In this document: positions 8,849 through 18,299 of the stretch, one piece after another | Position numbering within the stretch: position 1 is the stretch's first letter | Layout of the letters: the number at the start of each line of letters is the position of its first letter | DNA from: a bacterium | GTDB lineage: Bacteria > Zhuqueibacterota > Zhuqueibacteria > Oceanimicrobiales > Oceanimicrobiaceae | Length of the DNA stretch: 38,162 bases | Direction of reading: 5' to 3' | NCBI GenBank assembly: GCA_046758365.1 | Contig: JBHIAC010000015.1 | Location: forward strand, 1 to 38,162 | Translations under genes and position numbers: made by a program | Notes under the pieces: generated by a model | The model's input: the letters and a program-made list of their open reading frames with translations, nothing else | The model's database searches: none | Told to the model about the DNA's origin: nothing

Positions 8849-10078
8849 ATGAAAAATTTTATAAAAAATATTTTATCATTTATGACGTTGGTGCAAAAAC
8901 CGGTTAATTTCAACTTTTACAATCGTAAATTCAATTTTTACAATTTAAGCTTTTTAGCGGCTTTCCTGTTTACTCCTATGTCATTTATTGTTATTTTTAT
9001 TACAATGTTTGGAATAAATGAACCGGATGTATTCGCCAAGCAGATGGATTCCAACTCTCGAATTTATTTCAAAAATATAACCCATACTAAAAACCTATTG
9101 GAAATTAAGCCCAGATTTGTTGAAAATGGCAGAAGTGTGTTGTTCTTAGTTTTTAGTGGGGATTATTTATCTCCAAAACCCTGGGATTATAGATTGTCAA
9201 AATCAGATCGGGAGGGGCTCACAACCAGTTACCTAACTACGAAAGGTGTTTTGGATTATAATGTACTATCGGATGATCAAGGAATACTTGTTCTTAAAGT
9301 TAATCCGACATTAAAAATAAATAATGCTGATTATGATTTAAATGATGAAATTCAAGGTTGGGAGCTATGGTATATTAACCTGCAAGGTGATGAAAAGGTA
9401 CTTTTAGAAGCTTCGAAGGTTCTGCCTCTTTCTGTAGGATATTACATGTTAGGCTTAGGAGTCTTGCCTAACATAAATTTTGATGAGTTTGTAATTTCAT
9501 CTCCTAAAAAAACATCCCAATTTATAGTCCGACGATATAAAAAGCGAGAATTTTCTTATTTTTTCAAATTTTACCATCTCAACACATTGGGAAAAGAAGA
9601 GGTCTTTTTTAAAACAGAAGCTCGGAACTCATATTCTGATTGGACTTATTGGCCTATCATAACTTGGCTTGATGAAAATAATTTTATTACTTTGAGCTTT
9701 AAAAGTAACGTCGATTCACAAGTTGCTAAAGGCAAGGGACTATTTTCCTTGGTAAAAGTTGATTTACAATCCATGAGTCAAGAAATATTATATGAAGATT
9801 TTTCTTTTAGACCTTTTCCAAGGTTTGTTTTAAATCCCACGGCAACTAAATTATTTTTTCAAAGATTGGGTGAAGAGAAAGACACTACTGAACTGTGGAG
9901 CTTAACCTTGGATACAAAAATTCCAAAAATGATTTACAAGGTAAAAGGTGAGTTAGGAGAAGTAAGATTTTCATTGGACGGTTCGAGTGTGGTTTTTACC
10001 CAACGGCAAGAGAATAATTTTGATATTATTCGTGTTGATTTAGACAGGAATAAAATTCAGAAATTGGCGGGGGAATAA
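8849..10078 (+). CDS. Putative exported protein with TolB/PD40-like beta-propeller C-terminus; N-terminus carries an in-frame MITE
   Basis: 409-aa ORF; PD40-like motifs GEVRFSLDGSSVVFT and FVLNPTATKLFF; signal-peptide-like N-terminus. Confidence 0.75.
   Translation: MKNFIKNILSFMTLVQKPVNFNFYNRKFNFYNLSFLAAFLFTPMSFIVIFITMFGINEPDVFAKQMDSNSRIYFKNITHTKNLLEIKPRFVENGRSVLFLVFSGDYLSPKPWDYRLSKSDREGLTTSYLTTKGVLDYNVLSDDQGILVLKVNPTLKINNADYDLNDEIQGWELWYINLQGDEKVLLEASKVLPLSVGYYMLGLGVLPNINFDEFVISSPKKTSQFIVRRYKKREFSYFFKFYHLNTLGKEEVFFKTEARNSYSDWTYWPIITWLDENNFITLSFKSNVDSQVAKGKGLFSLVKVDLQSMSQEILYEDFSFRPFPRFVLNPTATKLFFQRLGEEKDTTELWSLTLDTKIPKMIYKVKGELGEVRFSLDGSSVVFTQRQENNFDIIRVDLDRNKIQKLAGE
8883..8983. mobile_element. 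MITE family A copy (101 bp) with TTTA target-site duplication
   Basis: Ends TGACGTTGGTGCAAAAA...TTTACTCCTATGTCA; TTTA at 8879-8882 and 8984-8987; both ends align with the copy at 12616. Confidence 0.75.
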
Positions 10079-10116
10079 ATAATAAACTAAAGTTAAAGAT
10101 TATACATTAATATTAC

Positions 10117-10384
10117 CTAACCCGGCCGAGCCGGAACCAAAAAGGCAAAACGATTGAGGGCAAAACAATTAAAAATTTGAATTTTGAATTACATAATTGC
10201 TTTAAATGCAAATCTCAAAATGAAAAATGAAAATTGCAAAATATATGCTGCTCCGATAAATCATTTTGCATTTGGCACTTTGCAATTTGAATTTTGAATT
10301 TTTTTCTTAATCATTTTGTCCACCATTATTTTGTCTTTTAAAATCTTTGCCCATTGTGCAACGATTTTAGTGTAAAGGTACTAA
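10117..10384. repeat. Nested composite palindromic element (GC hairpin end + 32-bp IR + heptamer IR)
   Basis: CTAA at both ends; hairpin CCGGC-CGA-GCCGG; IR 10141-10172/10307-10338 (24/32 identical); heptamer-like IR 10204-10242/10263-10301. Confidence 0.7.
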
Positions 10385-10388
10385 TTCT

Positions 10389-10424
10389 AAAATCCCGTTT
10401 CCTATGTTAGGAGCGGGATTTTTT
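10389..10424 (+). terminator. Rho-independent terminator
   Basis: AAAATCCCGTTTCCTA-TGT-TAGGAGCGGGATTTTTT: stem-loop followed by a T tract. Confidence 0.7.
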
Positions 10425-10628
10425 GCATATTAGGCAAATAATTGATTTTCAGAGAGAATAGTAATACTTTTGATAAGGTGGAGTTGAAAAATGCCAGAGA
10501 ACTTGTAACCCCGGCTGACAAAGATTCAAAGGTATTTATTACTGAAAGGTGATGCTGCCATGAGACAATATAGTGCAAATCCACTAGATACGAACTATAT
10601 TGAGTATGCTCGTTCTTTGAATAATACC

Positions 10629-10657
10629 TTGACAAATCCAAATTAATATATTAATTT
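10629..10657 (+). promoter_or_regulatory. sigma70-type promoter
   Basis: TTGACA-17-TAATTT upstream of 10717. Confidence 0.5.
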
Positions 10658-10716
10658 GAAATGATATAACAAAATAATAATACATTAAAGTATATTTAAT
10701 CTTTTGAAGGAAGCAA

Positions 10717-11430
10717 ATGGCGACGATTTCAGAAGGGGTCAAAATTGAGCGCTTGATTCAAAAACAGGTCCGATTATGGGAAGCAGAGCGAAAGTCAGGA
10801 GAAAAACAAGCCGAGAAGTTTTCTAAAGGAAGAGGTTCTTATATTGCCATCTCTCGAGATTATGGCGCCGGCGGATTACAGATCGGCAAAAGGTTGGCTA
10901 AAGAACTTAATTGGCATCTTTTTGATCAGGAGGTTGTGGAATATATTGCCACGGAGGCCAAGGTACGGCGGAGTGTAGTAGAATCATTTGATGAAAAAAT
11001 CCAAAGCGAAATAGCTACTTGGGTCCACACACTCTTGAATCGACATGCTTTGGACAAAGAACATTATTTAAAGCACTTAAGTCACGTGTTGTTTAGCCTC
11101 GCTCAGCACGGAAATGCGATCTTTATTGGCCGAGGAGCCCGATTTATCTTGCCTGAACGACAAGGCCTTCGAGTGAAAATAACCGCACCCTTTAATCGAC
11201 GAGTACAAAATCTTATGAAATTTCATGGACTGGATAAAATCGAAGCGCAGAAATTTATTGAAAAAATGGACGGCAATAGATTAGCCTTTATTCGTCGTAA
11301 TTTTCATAAGGAGGCAGATGACCTTGCTTTTTTTGATTTGATTTTAAATACGGGTTTCATTGAATTAGATAACGCTGTAAAAATTATAATTACGGCCTTA
11401 GTAAATAAACTTGGTTGGAATTTAGCTTAA
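10717..11430 (+). CDS. Cytidylate kinase-like family protein (Cytidylate_kin2)
   Basis: P-loop-like IAISRDYGAGG, IFIGRGARF and FDLILNT motifs. Confidence 0.88.
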   Translation: MATISEGVKIERLIQKQVRLWEAERKSGEKQAEKFSKGRGSYIAISRDYGAGGLQIGKRLAKELNWHLFDQEVVEYIATEAKVRRSVVESFDEKIQSEIATWVHTLLNRHALDKEHYLKHLSHVLFSLAQHGNAIFIGRGARFILPERQGLRVKITAPFNRRVQNLMKFHGLDKIEAQKFIEKMDGNRLAFIRRNFHKEADDLAFFDLILNTGFIELDNAVKIIITALVNKLGWNLA

Positions 11431-11492
11431 CCAATATTCAAAAAACTGCATTTCTGCAATTGAGGGGCAAATTGCAAAGAAATTAATTTTAA

Positions 11493-12608
11493 ATGAAAGC
11501 AAGAAAAAAGAGTAAATGGGAGTCGTTGAAAGAGTTTTATCAACTCTATACCAGTGGATTAAACCGCAGTGAGGTTGAACGGCTCCTTAAAAGGGATACA
11601 GTAGACGTATTTTCCTATTATAAAAGAGGGATCCGTTCTACAAAGAAAGTCATTGCCCAGGATAAATTCCCAAAGAAGCAACTTCAAGTGGCCAAAGATA
11701 TTTTTCTGAGTTTTTTAATGAAACTTACCCCGGCCCGGCGGTTCTTTTACGGCATAGCCTTTGTACTTTTCATTTTAGCCTTGGGCGTATCAAACTGGTC
11801 GTACGCTTTATTTGTTTTTTTAATTCTAAATTTTCTTTTGGCGCTTGAACTTGCGGATAAACTAGTGGCAAAGGATGAACTCGAAATTGCACGGGACATA
11901 CAAATAAGTTTACAACCAGAAAAAATGCCCCATATAAAAGGGCTGGATATTTCTACCTATTACCAACCAGCAAAAGAAGTTGGCGGTGATTACTATGATT
12001 TAATAAAAATCGATGATCACAAACTTGTGGTTATTGTGGGAGATGTTTCTGGCAAAGGGATGCCCGCGGCGCTTTATGCTGTAAAATTGCAGGGATTGGT
12101 AGAGCTTTTAGCCAAGAATCGTAACTCTCCTAAACAGATTTTGGAGGAAATTAACGAGATTATCACCCATAGATTAAAAAAGCAATTCTTTATTACAGCC
12201 GTGGTGGCTATCTTTGATCTCAAAGAAAAAACTTTACGATTAGCCCGAGCTGGTCATAACCCCCCTATGTATTTTAAATCTTTAACAAACCAAGCAGTTT
12301 GGTTGAATCCTAAAGGCATCGGCATAGGCTTGGAAAAAAATCCTAATTTTAAAAGTAAACTGAATGAAAAAGTTGTTTCTGTTACTCCTGGGGATTTGTT
12401 TGTATTTTATACCGATGGTGTCACAGAAGTGATGAATGGTGCAAAAGTTGAATTTGGAGAAATTCGATTAGGTAAATTCGTTATCGAAAATGCCCATTTG
12501 GATGTAGAATTGTTTAAAGAAAAATTAGTAGAGAAATTAAAAGGCTTTGCTCAGAAAGCTTTGCTTGATGATGACGCTACAGTAGTCGTGGTGAAAGTTA
12601 GGAATTAG
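11493..12608 (+). CDS. PP2C/SpoIIE-family (RsbU-like) Ser/Thr phosphatase with 2 N-terminal TM helices
   Basis: ELEIARDIQ, VGGDYYD, GDVSGKG, AGHNPP, YTDGVTE and DDAT motifs. Confidence 0.92.
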   Translation: MKARKKSKWESLKEFYQLYTSGLNRSEVERLLKRDTVDVFSYYKRGIRSTKKVIAQDKFPKKQLQVAKDIFLSFLMKLTPARRFFYGIAFVLFILALGVSNWSYALFVFLILNFLLALELADKLVAKDELEIARDIQISLQPEKMPHIKGLDISTYYQPAKEVGGDYYDLIKIDDHKLVVIVGDVSGKGMPAALYAVKLQGLVELLAKNRNSPKQILEEINEIITHRLKKQFFITAVVAIFDLKEKTLRLARAGHNPPMYFKSLTNQAVWLNPKGIGIGLEKNPNFKSKLNEKVVSVTPGDLFVFYTDGVTEVMNGAKVEFGEIRLGKFVIENAHLDVELFKEKLVEKLKGFAQKALLDDDATVVVVKVRN

Positions 12609-12615
12609 AAATTTA

Positions 12616-12756
12616 TGACGTTGGTACAAAAACAATATAATTTCTACTTTTATGCCGTAGGATTTCTATCCTGTTGGATAAGTTATCTTACGAGATCTAT
12701 CCAATGTCCTAAACAACTTAAGATTTTTAGATTCTTACCTTTTTACACCGACGTCA
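12616..12756. mobile_element. MITE family A copy (141 bp)
   Basis: TIRs TGACGTTGGTACAAAAA / TTTTTACACCGACGTCA; flanked by TTTA and TTA; internal hairpin TTGGATA..TATCCAA. Confidence 0.75.
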
Positions 12757-12862
12757 TTATATAGTATTCGTAACAATTTAATCTTTCCACTTTACGGGAT
12801 ACGAATATTTCTATAAATAACAAAAATTAGAACTTAGAAACCAATTCGATTTCCAAAAGGGA

Positions 12863-13612
12863 GTGATGACCGTACGAAAACATGGATGGCTTTACCGGCT
12901 GACATGGCCGATTACTCATTATTTAATTACAAATATTTCCGTAACAATAGGATACATTTTTTTCCATTTCTTTAATCGCACTAAGGTTATTGGCAAAAAA
13001 AATATTCCTCAAAGACCGAATACCCTTCTGCTCTCTAATCATCAGAGTATGATTGACAGCTTTCTTGTAGGATTGTGTGCTTTCTATCCAACTTCTCTTT
13101 TTTCTCCTTCCGTAATTCCCTGGAATCCCGCGGCTGAGGAGAATTTCTACTGCACGCCTATTTTAGCCTGGCTTGCAGATAACTGGAAATGTATTCCAAT
13201 TAAAAAAGGGCGAAAAGATGTGGGTGCTATTTATAAAATGGCAGAAGCATTGAAAACCGGTCCCTTAACTTTATTTCCAGAAGGAACCCGTTCCAGGGAC
13301 GGATCCATTGGTAAGGCTCGAGGAGGCGCCGGCATGTTGATTTTAGAGACGCATCCTACGGTAATTCCAGTCTGCATAGATGGTATGGATAAATTGCTTC
13401 CCATCGGGTCCATTTTGCCACGGTTATTTAAAAGAATTTATGTTAATTATGGTAAACCTCTTGACTTATCTGAATTTTACGATAAGGATAAATCCAAAGA
13501 AGTGGCTCAAGAGATTATGAATCGGGTGATGAATTCTATTCGAGAGTTGAAATTGGAAATTGAATATTTGAAAAGTCACAAAAGGCCCTTGCATGGCAAA
13601 GTTACTGGGTAA
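12863..13612 (+). CDS. plsC: 1-acyl-sn-glycerol-3-phosphate (lysophospholipid) acyltransferase
   Basis: NHQSMID (HX4D) and FPEGTRS motifs. Confidence 0.88.
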   Translation: MMTVRKHGWLYRLTWPITHYLITNISVTIGYIFFHFFNRTKVIGKKNIPQRPNTLLLSNHQSMIDSFLVGLCAFYPTSLFSPSVIPWNPAAEENFYCTPILAWLADNWKCIPIKKGRKDVGAIYKMAEALKTGPLTLFPEGTRSRDGSIGKARGGAGMLILETHPTVIPVCIDGMDKLLPIGSILPRLFKRIYVNYGKPLDLSEFYDKDKSKEVAQEIMNRVMNSIRELKLEIEYLKSHKRPLHGKVTG

Positions 13613-13620
13613 GATGAATA

Positions 13621-13649
13621 TTGCAAAAGCTAAAATATTTAGTTATATT
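13621..13649 (+). promoter_or_regulatory. sigma70-type promoter for porU
   Basis: TTGCAA-17-TATATT. Confidence 0.5.
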
Positions 13650-13863
13650 GGAAATACAAAGTGGATAAATTTACAATTAGAGGTCTGGCATATTCTTTTT
13701 TAAGTTGTTTGGGAATGGGCTATGAAATCTTCTTCATCCAACGACCACGACTTTTTCTTATTATTATGTACAGCTTGGTTTTAGGAATTGGCATTATCTG
13801 CATTTTTCTTATTAAAGAAAAAAAAGAATAAAGTCTATTCACTTTAAAATTATATAAAATAAG

Positions 13864-16800
13864 ATGTATTTTACTAAGTATTTGTCATTAATTGTTTTGG
13901 GGAGTTTGCCCCTTTTTTTTATAAGTACAGTGCCCATTAAAGGTGAGGAATCATCTGCTAATTCTATTCAAATTTTGAGGAGTAGTGAACGAAGTTTAAC
14001 CATATCTATTACTCCTCAAAAATGGTTGTCGGAAACTGTGGAAATAAACGGTGAGGAGTTCACTTTTTTAGATTTCCTTGGAGCCAATTTTATCGAAACG
14101 CCAGGCTCCCCTCAAATACCCTATCATGTAGCTATCATTGGCATGCCGATAGGCTCCCACATTCGCTATAGGATATTAGAGTCTGACTTTGAAGTTCAAG
14201 GTGGTTTAAAGTTACTCCCACATCCCCAAATCAAAAAAGTAGAAAATTGGCCCCAAAAAGAATATATTTTAAATAAAGACATTTATAATAGCACTGAGAC
14301 CTTTCCGACCGAGATTGTGAAAATTGATGAACCTGCCTTTTTCCGTGACCAGCAAATTGTTAGAATTCAAGTGGCAGGACTTCAATACTTCCCTGATAAA
14401 AATCAGATTTTAAAATACAACCGGATTGTGCTGCTGATAGAATTTGTTGGTGGGAAACTAACCGTTGATCAAGGACCTAGTATTCCAACAAAATCAGAAG
14501 AATTATTATATAAAAGCGCAGTGCTTAATTATGAACAAGCTACGAGGTGGCGAAAAAAAAGAGCCATTACTCCACAGCTTGACAAAAGCCAGAGCATTTT
14601 TAATAACGGAACCTGGTATAAATTCAAAATACAAGAAGAAGGAATTTATAAAATAGATGGTCAATTTTTAGAATCCAATGGCATAAATTTAAGTCAAATT
14701 AATCCCCAGAAAATACGAATATACAATAACGGTGGCAGGGAATTGCTCCAAGATATCAATGCACCTCGACCCGACCAACTCATTGAAAATGCCATTATTG
14801 TCGAAGAGGGTGGAGATGGTCGTTTTGATCAGGACGATTATATACTATTTTATGGGTTAGGGGTAGACGGTTGGGATTACGATTCTCAATCAAAAAGTTT
14901 TGCTCATTATATAAATCATTACGGTTTTGATAATATTTATTGGTTAACCTGGGATGGGGAGCAAGATGGGAGGCGGATGAAGACTGTGATATCTGGGCCG
15001 CCAAACGATCATATAATCGAAAAATATCAAGGAAAGATTTTTGTCGAAGAGGAATTACAAAATCCTTTACGGTCTGGTTTATACTGGTTTGGTTGGCAGT
15101 TTGCTTCTGATGAAGTGAGCCGCAATAAGACCTTTAATTTAGAATTGTCAAATGCGGTAGCGGCTGATTCTGTTCTATTAAAATTCCGGCTTGCCTCAAT
15201 AACTTCTGGTATCCATCGTTTTTCAATATCTGTTAATAATATATCAATTGGGAATCATCAATTCTCTGGCACTGGCAGCGATTTAAATGAATTTTTGGTG
15301 ATGAGGCCTTCAGATTTTACATTGCACGCGGCAAATGTTCTTTCGCCTGCAAACAACACTTTGGAAATTTCGTACTCTCCCAGTTCGGATATTGGCCAGG
15401 CTGTACTTGACTGGTTCGAAATTTATTACACCGCTCAGTTGAGTGCCGTTGACGATGAACTAGCTTTTACAGTTTTTACTGAATCAGGCTTTCAAACCTA
15501 TCGAATTGGTAATTTCACTAACAGTCCTGTTCAGCTATTTGACGTCACAGACTTTTCAGATGTCAAACAAATTGTGGAGGGGAATCTTTCCAGTGGCAGT
15601 CTTACTTTTACCGATTTTCAGGAGCTGGATTTACCCAAGCGTTACTTAGCTCTAAATCCTTCCAAATATAAATCAGTTCAAAGTATTGAAAGAATTAATA
15701 TTAGAGATTTAAGAAGTCTGGGTCTGGGAGCTGAATTTATAATTATAACCCACGAAGACTTTTATTCCGAGGCTCTTCGTCTGGAAAGTTTACGTGAAAA
15801 TGGCAATCCAGATAATCGAATGGAAACTGAAGTTGTGCGTATTTCAGAGATTTACGACAATTTCTCTGGCGGACTTTTGGATCCTACGGCTATTCGGGAT
15901 TTCTTAAAATATACCTATGATCATTGGAATCCCAGACCCGCCTATGTACTACTTTTTGGGGATGGAGATTATGATTACAAAAATATTATCAGTGGGCTTG
16001 ACAAAAATTGGATTCCCACATTTCAAACCACTGAATTAAGGGAGCTAGCGAATCGTACGACGGATAGTTGGTTTACCTATGTATCAGGTAATGATCAAAT
16101 TATGGATATGGCAATAGGACGAATAAACGCTCAATCGTTGATGGATGCAAAAAACGTCGTAGACAAGATCATTGCTTATGAAACTCAACCTCTACGTGGA
16201 AGCTGGCACAATACCATTACCATGGTGGGTGATGATGAATTGGTAGCCGGCGGCCGACCTAGTTCTGCAGATGTTGTTCATATAACACAAACGGAAACTA
16301 TTGCCGAGAATTCTATACCTGATTGTTTTGATGTGGAAAAGATTTATCTAACCGAATTTCCTAAAGTCTTTAGCGCTTCAGTTTCAGGCGTTCGCAAACC
16401 CGCGGCTCAGGAAGCTTTGATTCGTCAAATAAATAGAGGGACCCTTATTGTGAATTACATTGGGCATGGCAATTCAATTCAGTGGGCCCATGAGGTTGTA
16501 TTTCACCAAACAGATAATGAGCGGGTGCAAAATTTTGAAAAGTTGATTTTCTTTATGGCAGCCACATGTGATTGGGCACTTTTTGATAATCCCCAAAATC
16601 AAAGTCAAGCAGAAGAACTCCTTTTAGCTGAAAATCGTGGAGCTATTGCCATACTTTCATCAGCCCGTCTAGTATTTTCTAATTCAAATTTTCGGTTCAA
16701 TCAATTTTACTATAACAACTTGTTCAGCTTGTCTGGAGAAACGACAAGAATTGGCGATGCATTTATTTTAACCAGAATTATTACAGGTAACATCACAAAT

Positions 16801-17982
16801 GACGAGAAATTCCACCTATATGGCGATCCGACGCTCCGTTTAGCTGTACCTAAACATCAGGCGGTCATTACCTCCATGACACCAGATTCTATTGTGGCGC
16901 TGAACACGATTGAAATTAATGGCGAAGTAAGAAGAGATGGTCAATTATGGAGTGATTTTAACGGCAAAGTTCTAATAAACACGTTTGATTCCAAAAAATT
17001 TGTTCAAAATATTCCAGATGTTGGTTCTGTCCAGACCTATTTTCTACCAGGAAATTCAATTTTCCGAGGTGCAACTACGGTTCAAAATGGTCAATTCTCA
17101 GCAAGATTTATTGTGCCAAAGGACATATCCTATGGTGGGAAACAAGCCCGCATGAGTGTCTATTTTTGGAATAATGAAACTGACGGTGCCGGGTGCCGAG
17201 AAGACATTTTAGTCAGCAGCTCAACTGCTAATTTAGTAGATACCGAAGGACCAGAAATTCGCATTTACTTTAAAGGTCAAGAAGAATTTACTACGGGCGA
17301 CATAATAGATGAAAACGTGACTTTGGTAGTAGATGTGGCTGATACGGTCAGCGGCGTTAATATTGCCGGAGAAATTGGCCATCGTTTAAATCTAATCATT
17401 GATCCAAATCAAGAAACCTGTCTCTCGGAGTTAAATCGGTTTCTGGGTTTAAGTAATATAGAACTTACAGACCTTTTTCGCTTTAATGAAGGAGATCACC
17501 TTCGAGGCAAGGTGGAATTTCCTTTAAATTTCCCCAAAGAAGTAGATGTTGGTGGAAGAGTGATACCGTGTGTGACCCCTGGTGGTGAAGACAGACATAC
17601 CCTTATGGTTAAGGCTTGGGATAATGCCAATAATTCTTCTAAAACTTCTGTGGAAGTTCTGGTGGTTCATGAAGATGAATTGGTGTTAAAGGAAGTTATG
17701 AACTATCCTAATCCCTTTACTGATAAAACGACTTTTAGTTTTATTTCAAATCGGGACGCAGAAATTCAGATTAAGATTTATACAATATCCGGACAATTAA
17801 TTCGGACCCTGGAATATCCTTTTGCAAGAAGTGGTTTTAACATAGTAGAATGGGATGGTCGGGATGCGGATGGAGATATTCCTGCAAATGGAGTTTATCT
17901 TTACAAACTAATTGTAAAAGCACAAGGAGAATCAGGTAACATTCAAAAAGAAATTATTGGAAGATTGGCAATATTGCGTTAG
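13864..17982 (+). CDS. porU: Type IX secretion system sortase PorU (peptidase C25) with propeptide and FlgD-Ig/CTD C-terminus
   Basis: Signal peptide; C25 propeptide-like N-terminus; WYKFKI..GIYKI; YVLLFGDGDYDY; catalytic NYIGHG and ATCD; C-terminal NYPNPF..WDGRD..NGVYLYK. Confidence 0.88.
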   Translation: MYFTKYLSLIVLGSLPLFFISTVPIKGEESSANSIQILRSSERSLTISITPQKWLSETVEINGEEFTFLDFLGANFIETPGSPQIPYHVAIIGMPIGSHIRYRILESDFEVQGGLKLLPHPQIKKVENWPQKEYILNKDIYNSTETFPTEIVKIDEPAFFRDQQIVRIQVAGLQYFPDKNQILKYNRIVLLIEFVGGKLTVDQGPSIPTKSEELLYKSAVLNYEQATRWRKKRAITPQLDKSQSIFNNGTWYKFKIQEEGIYKIDGQFLESNGINLSQINPQKIRIYNNGGRELLQDINAPRPDQLIENAIIVEEGGDGRFDQDDYILFYGLGVDGWDYDSQSKSFAHYINHYGFDNIYWLTWDGEQDGRRMKTVISGPPNDHIIEKYQGKIFVEEELQNPLRSGLYWFGWQFASDEVSRNKTFNLELSNAVAADSVLLKFRLASITSGIHRFSISVNNISIGNHQFSGTGSDLNEFLVMRPSDFTLHAANVLSPANNTLEISYSPSSDIGQAVLDWFEIYYTAQLSAVDDELAFTVFTESGFQTYRIGNFTNSPVQLFDVTDFSDVKQIVEGNLSSGSLTFTDFQELDLPKRYLALNPSKYKSVQSIERINIRDLRSLGLGAEFIIITHEDFYSEALRLESLRENGNPDNRMETEVVRISEIYDNFSGGLLDPTAIRDFLKYTYDHWNPRPAYVLLFGDGDYDYKNIISGLDKNWIPTFQTTELRELANRTTDSWFTYVSGNDQIMDMAIGRINAQSLMDAKNVVDKIIAYETQPLRGSWHNTITMVGDDELVAGGRPSSADVVHITQTETIAENSIPDCFDVEKIYLTEFPKVFSASVSGVRKPAAQEALIRQINRGTLIVNYIGHGNSIQWAHEVVFHQTDNERVQNFEKLIFFMAATCDWALFDNPQNQSQAEELLLAENRGAIAILSSARLVFSNSNFRFNQFYYNNLFSLSGETTRIGDAFILTRIITGNITNDEKFHLYGDPTLRLAVPKHQAVITSMTPDSIVALNTIEINGEVRRDGQLWSDFNGKVLINTFDSKKFVQNIPDVGSVQTYFLPGNSIFRGATTVQNGQFSARFIVPKDISYGGKQARMSVYFWNNETDGAGCREDILVSSSTANLVDTEGPEIRIYFKGQEEFTTGDIIDENVTLVVDVADTVSGVNIAGEIGHRLNLIIDPNQETCLSELNRFLGLSNIELTDLFRFNEGDHLRGKVEFPLNFPKEVDVGGRVIPCVTPGGEDRHTLMVKAWDNANNSSKTSVEVLVVHEDELVLKEVMNYPNPFTDKTTFSFISNRDAEIQIKIYTISGQLIRTLEYPFARSGFNIVEWDGRDADGDIPANGVYLYKLIVKAQGESGNIQKEIIGRLAILR

Positions 17983-18096
17983 ATTTCCCATTAAGTAAAA
18001 CTCGAAATAACTTATAATGATTATGCCCTATACTCGGTTGAGCTTAATAGGGTGTCAAATACGAAATACGAAATCCTAAACTCGAAACAAATACGA

Positions 18097-18201
18097 ATGA
18101 CCAAAATACAAAATTCGAAACAGTATGATTTAGAGGAGCGCACACTTGCTTTCGCAAAGAAGGGTAGAGCTAGTTTTGAACATTTGATATTTGGATTTTG
18201 A
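18097..18201 (+). pseudogene. Internally deleted four-helix-bundle (23S rRNA IVP/Avd-like) gene remnant
   Basis: Translates as MTKIQNSKQYDLEERTLAFAKKGRA..., the typical N-terminus of four-helix-bundle proteins, and runs straight into the right repeat arm. Confidence 0.7.
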
Positions 18202-18242
18202 ATTTGTTTCGAGTTTCGATATTCGGTTTTCGTATTTATTCA

Positions 18243-18272
18243 TCGACATAGTTGCTGAATAGATGGTATAAT
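18243..18272 (+). promoter_or_regulatory. sigma70 promoter with extended -10 for the thioredoxin gene
   Basis: TCGACA-18-TATAAT with TG at -15/-14 (TGGTATAAT), 28 bp before ATG 18300. Confidence 0.6.
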
Positions 18273-18299
18273 CATTTAACTCATTAAAGAGGATTGACT

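Larger units (their letters stand above)
18016..18276. mobile_element. Composite palindromic element: outer 12-bp IR enclosing 65-bp heptamer-repeat IR arms
   Basis: AATGATTATGCC (18016-18027) / GGTATAATCATT (18265-18276); arms 18057-18121 and 18173-18237 built of AAATACG-type heptamers, with a perfect 15-bp core AAACTCGAAACAAAT. Confidence 0.75.

Noticed and set aside
10402..10641. 79-aa minus-strand ORF
   Set aside because: Overlaps a terminator and a promoter; no SD or recognisable motif.
13686..13802. TGGCA motifs upstream of porU as sigma54 promoters
   Set aside because: One lacks the -12 GC and the other has GG-N8-GC spacing rather than N10.
18057..18237. CRISPR array interpretation of the repeats (also 10200-10300)
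   Set aside because: The repeats are 7-mers in inverted arms without unique spacers, and no cas genes are present.
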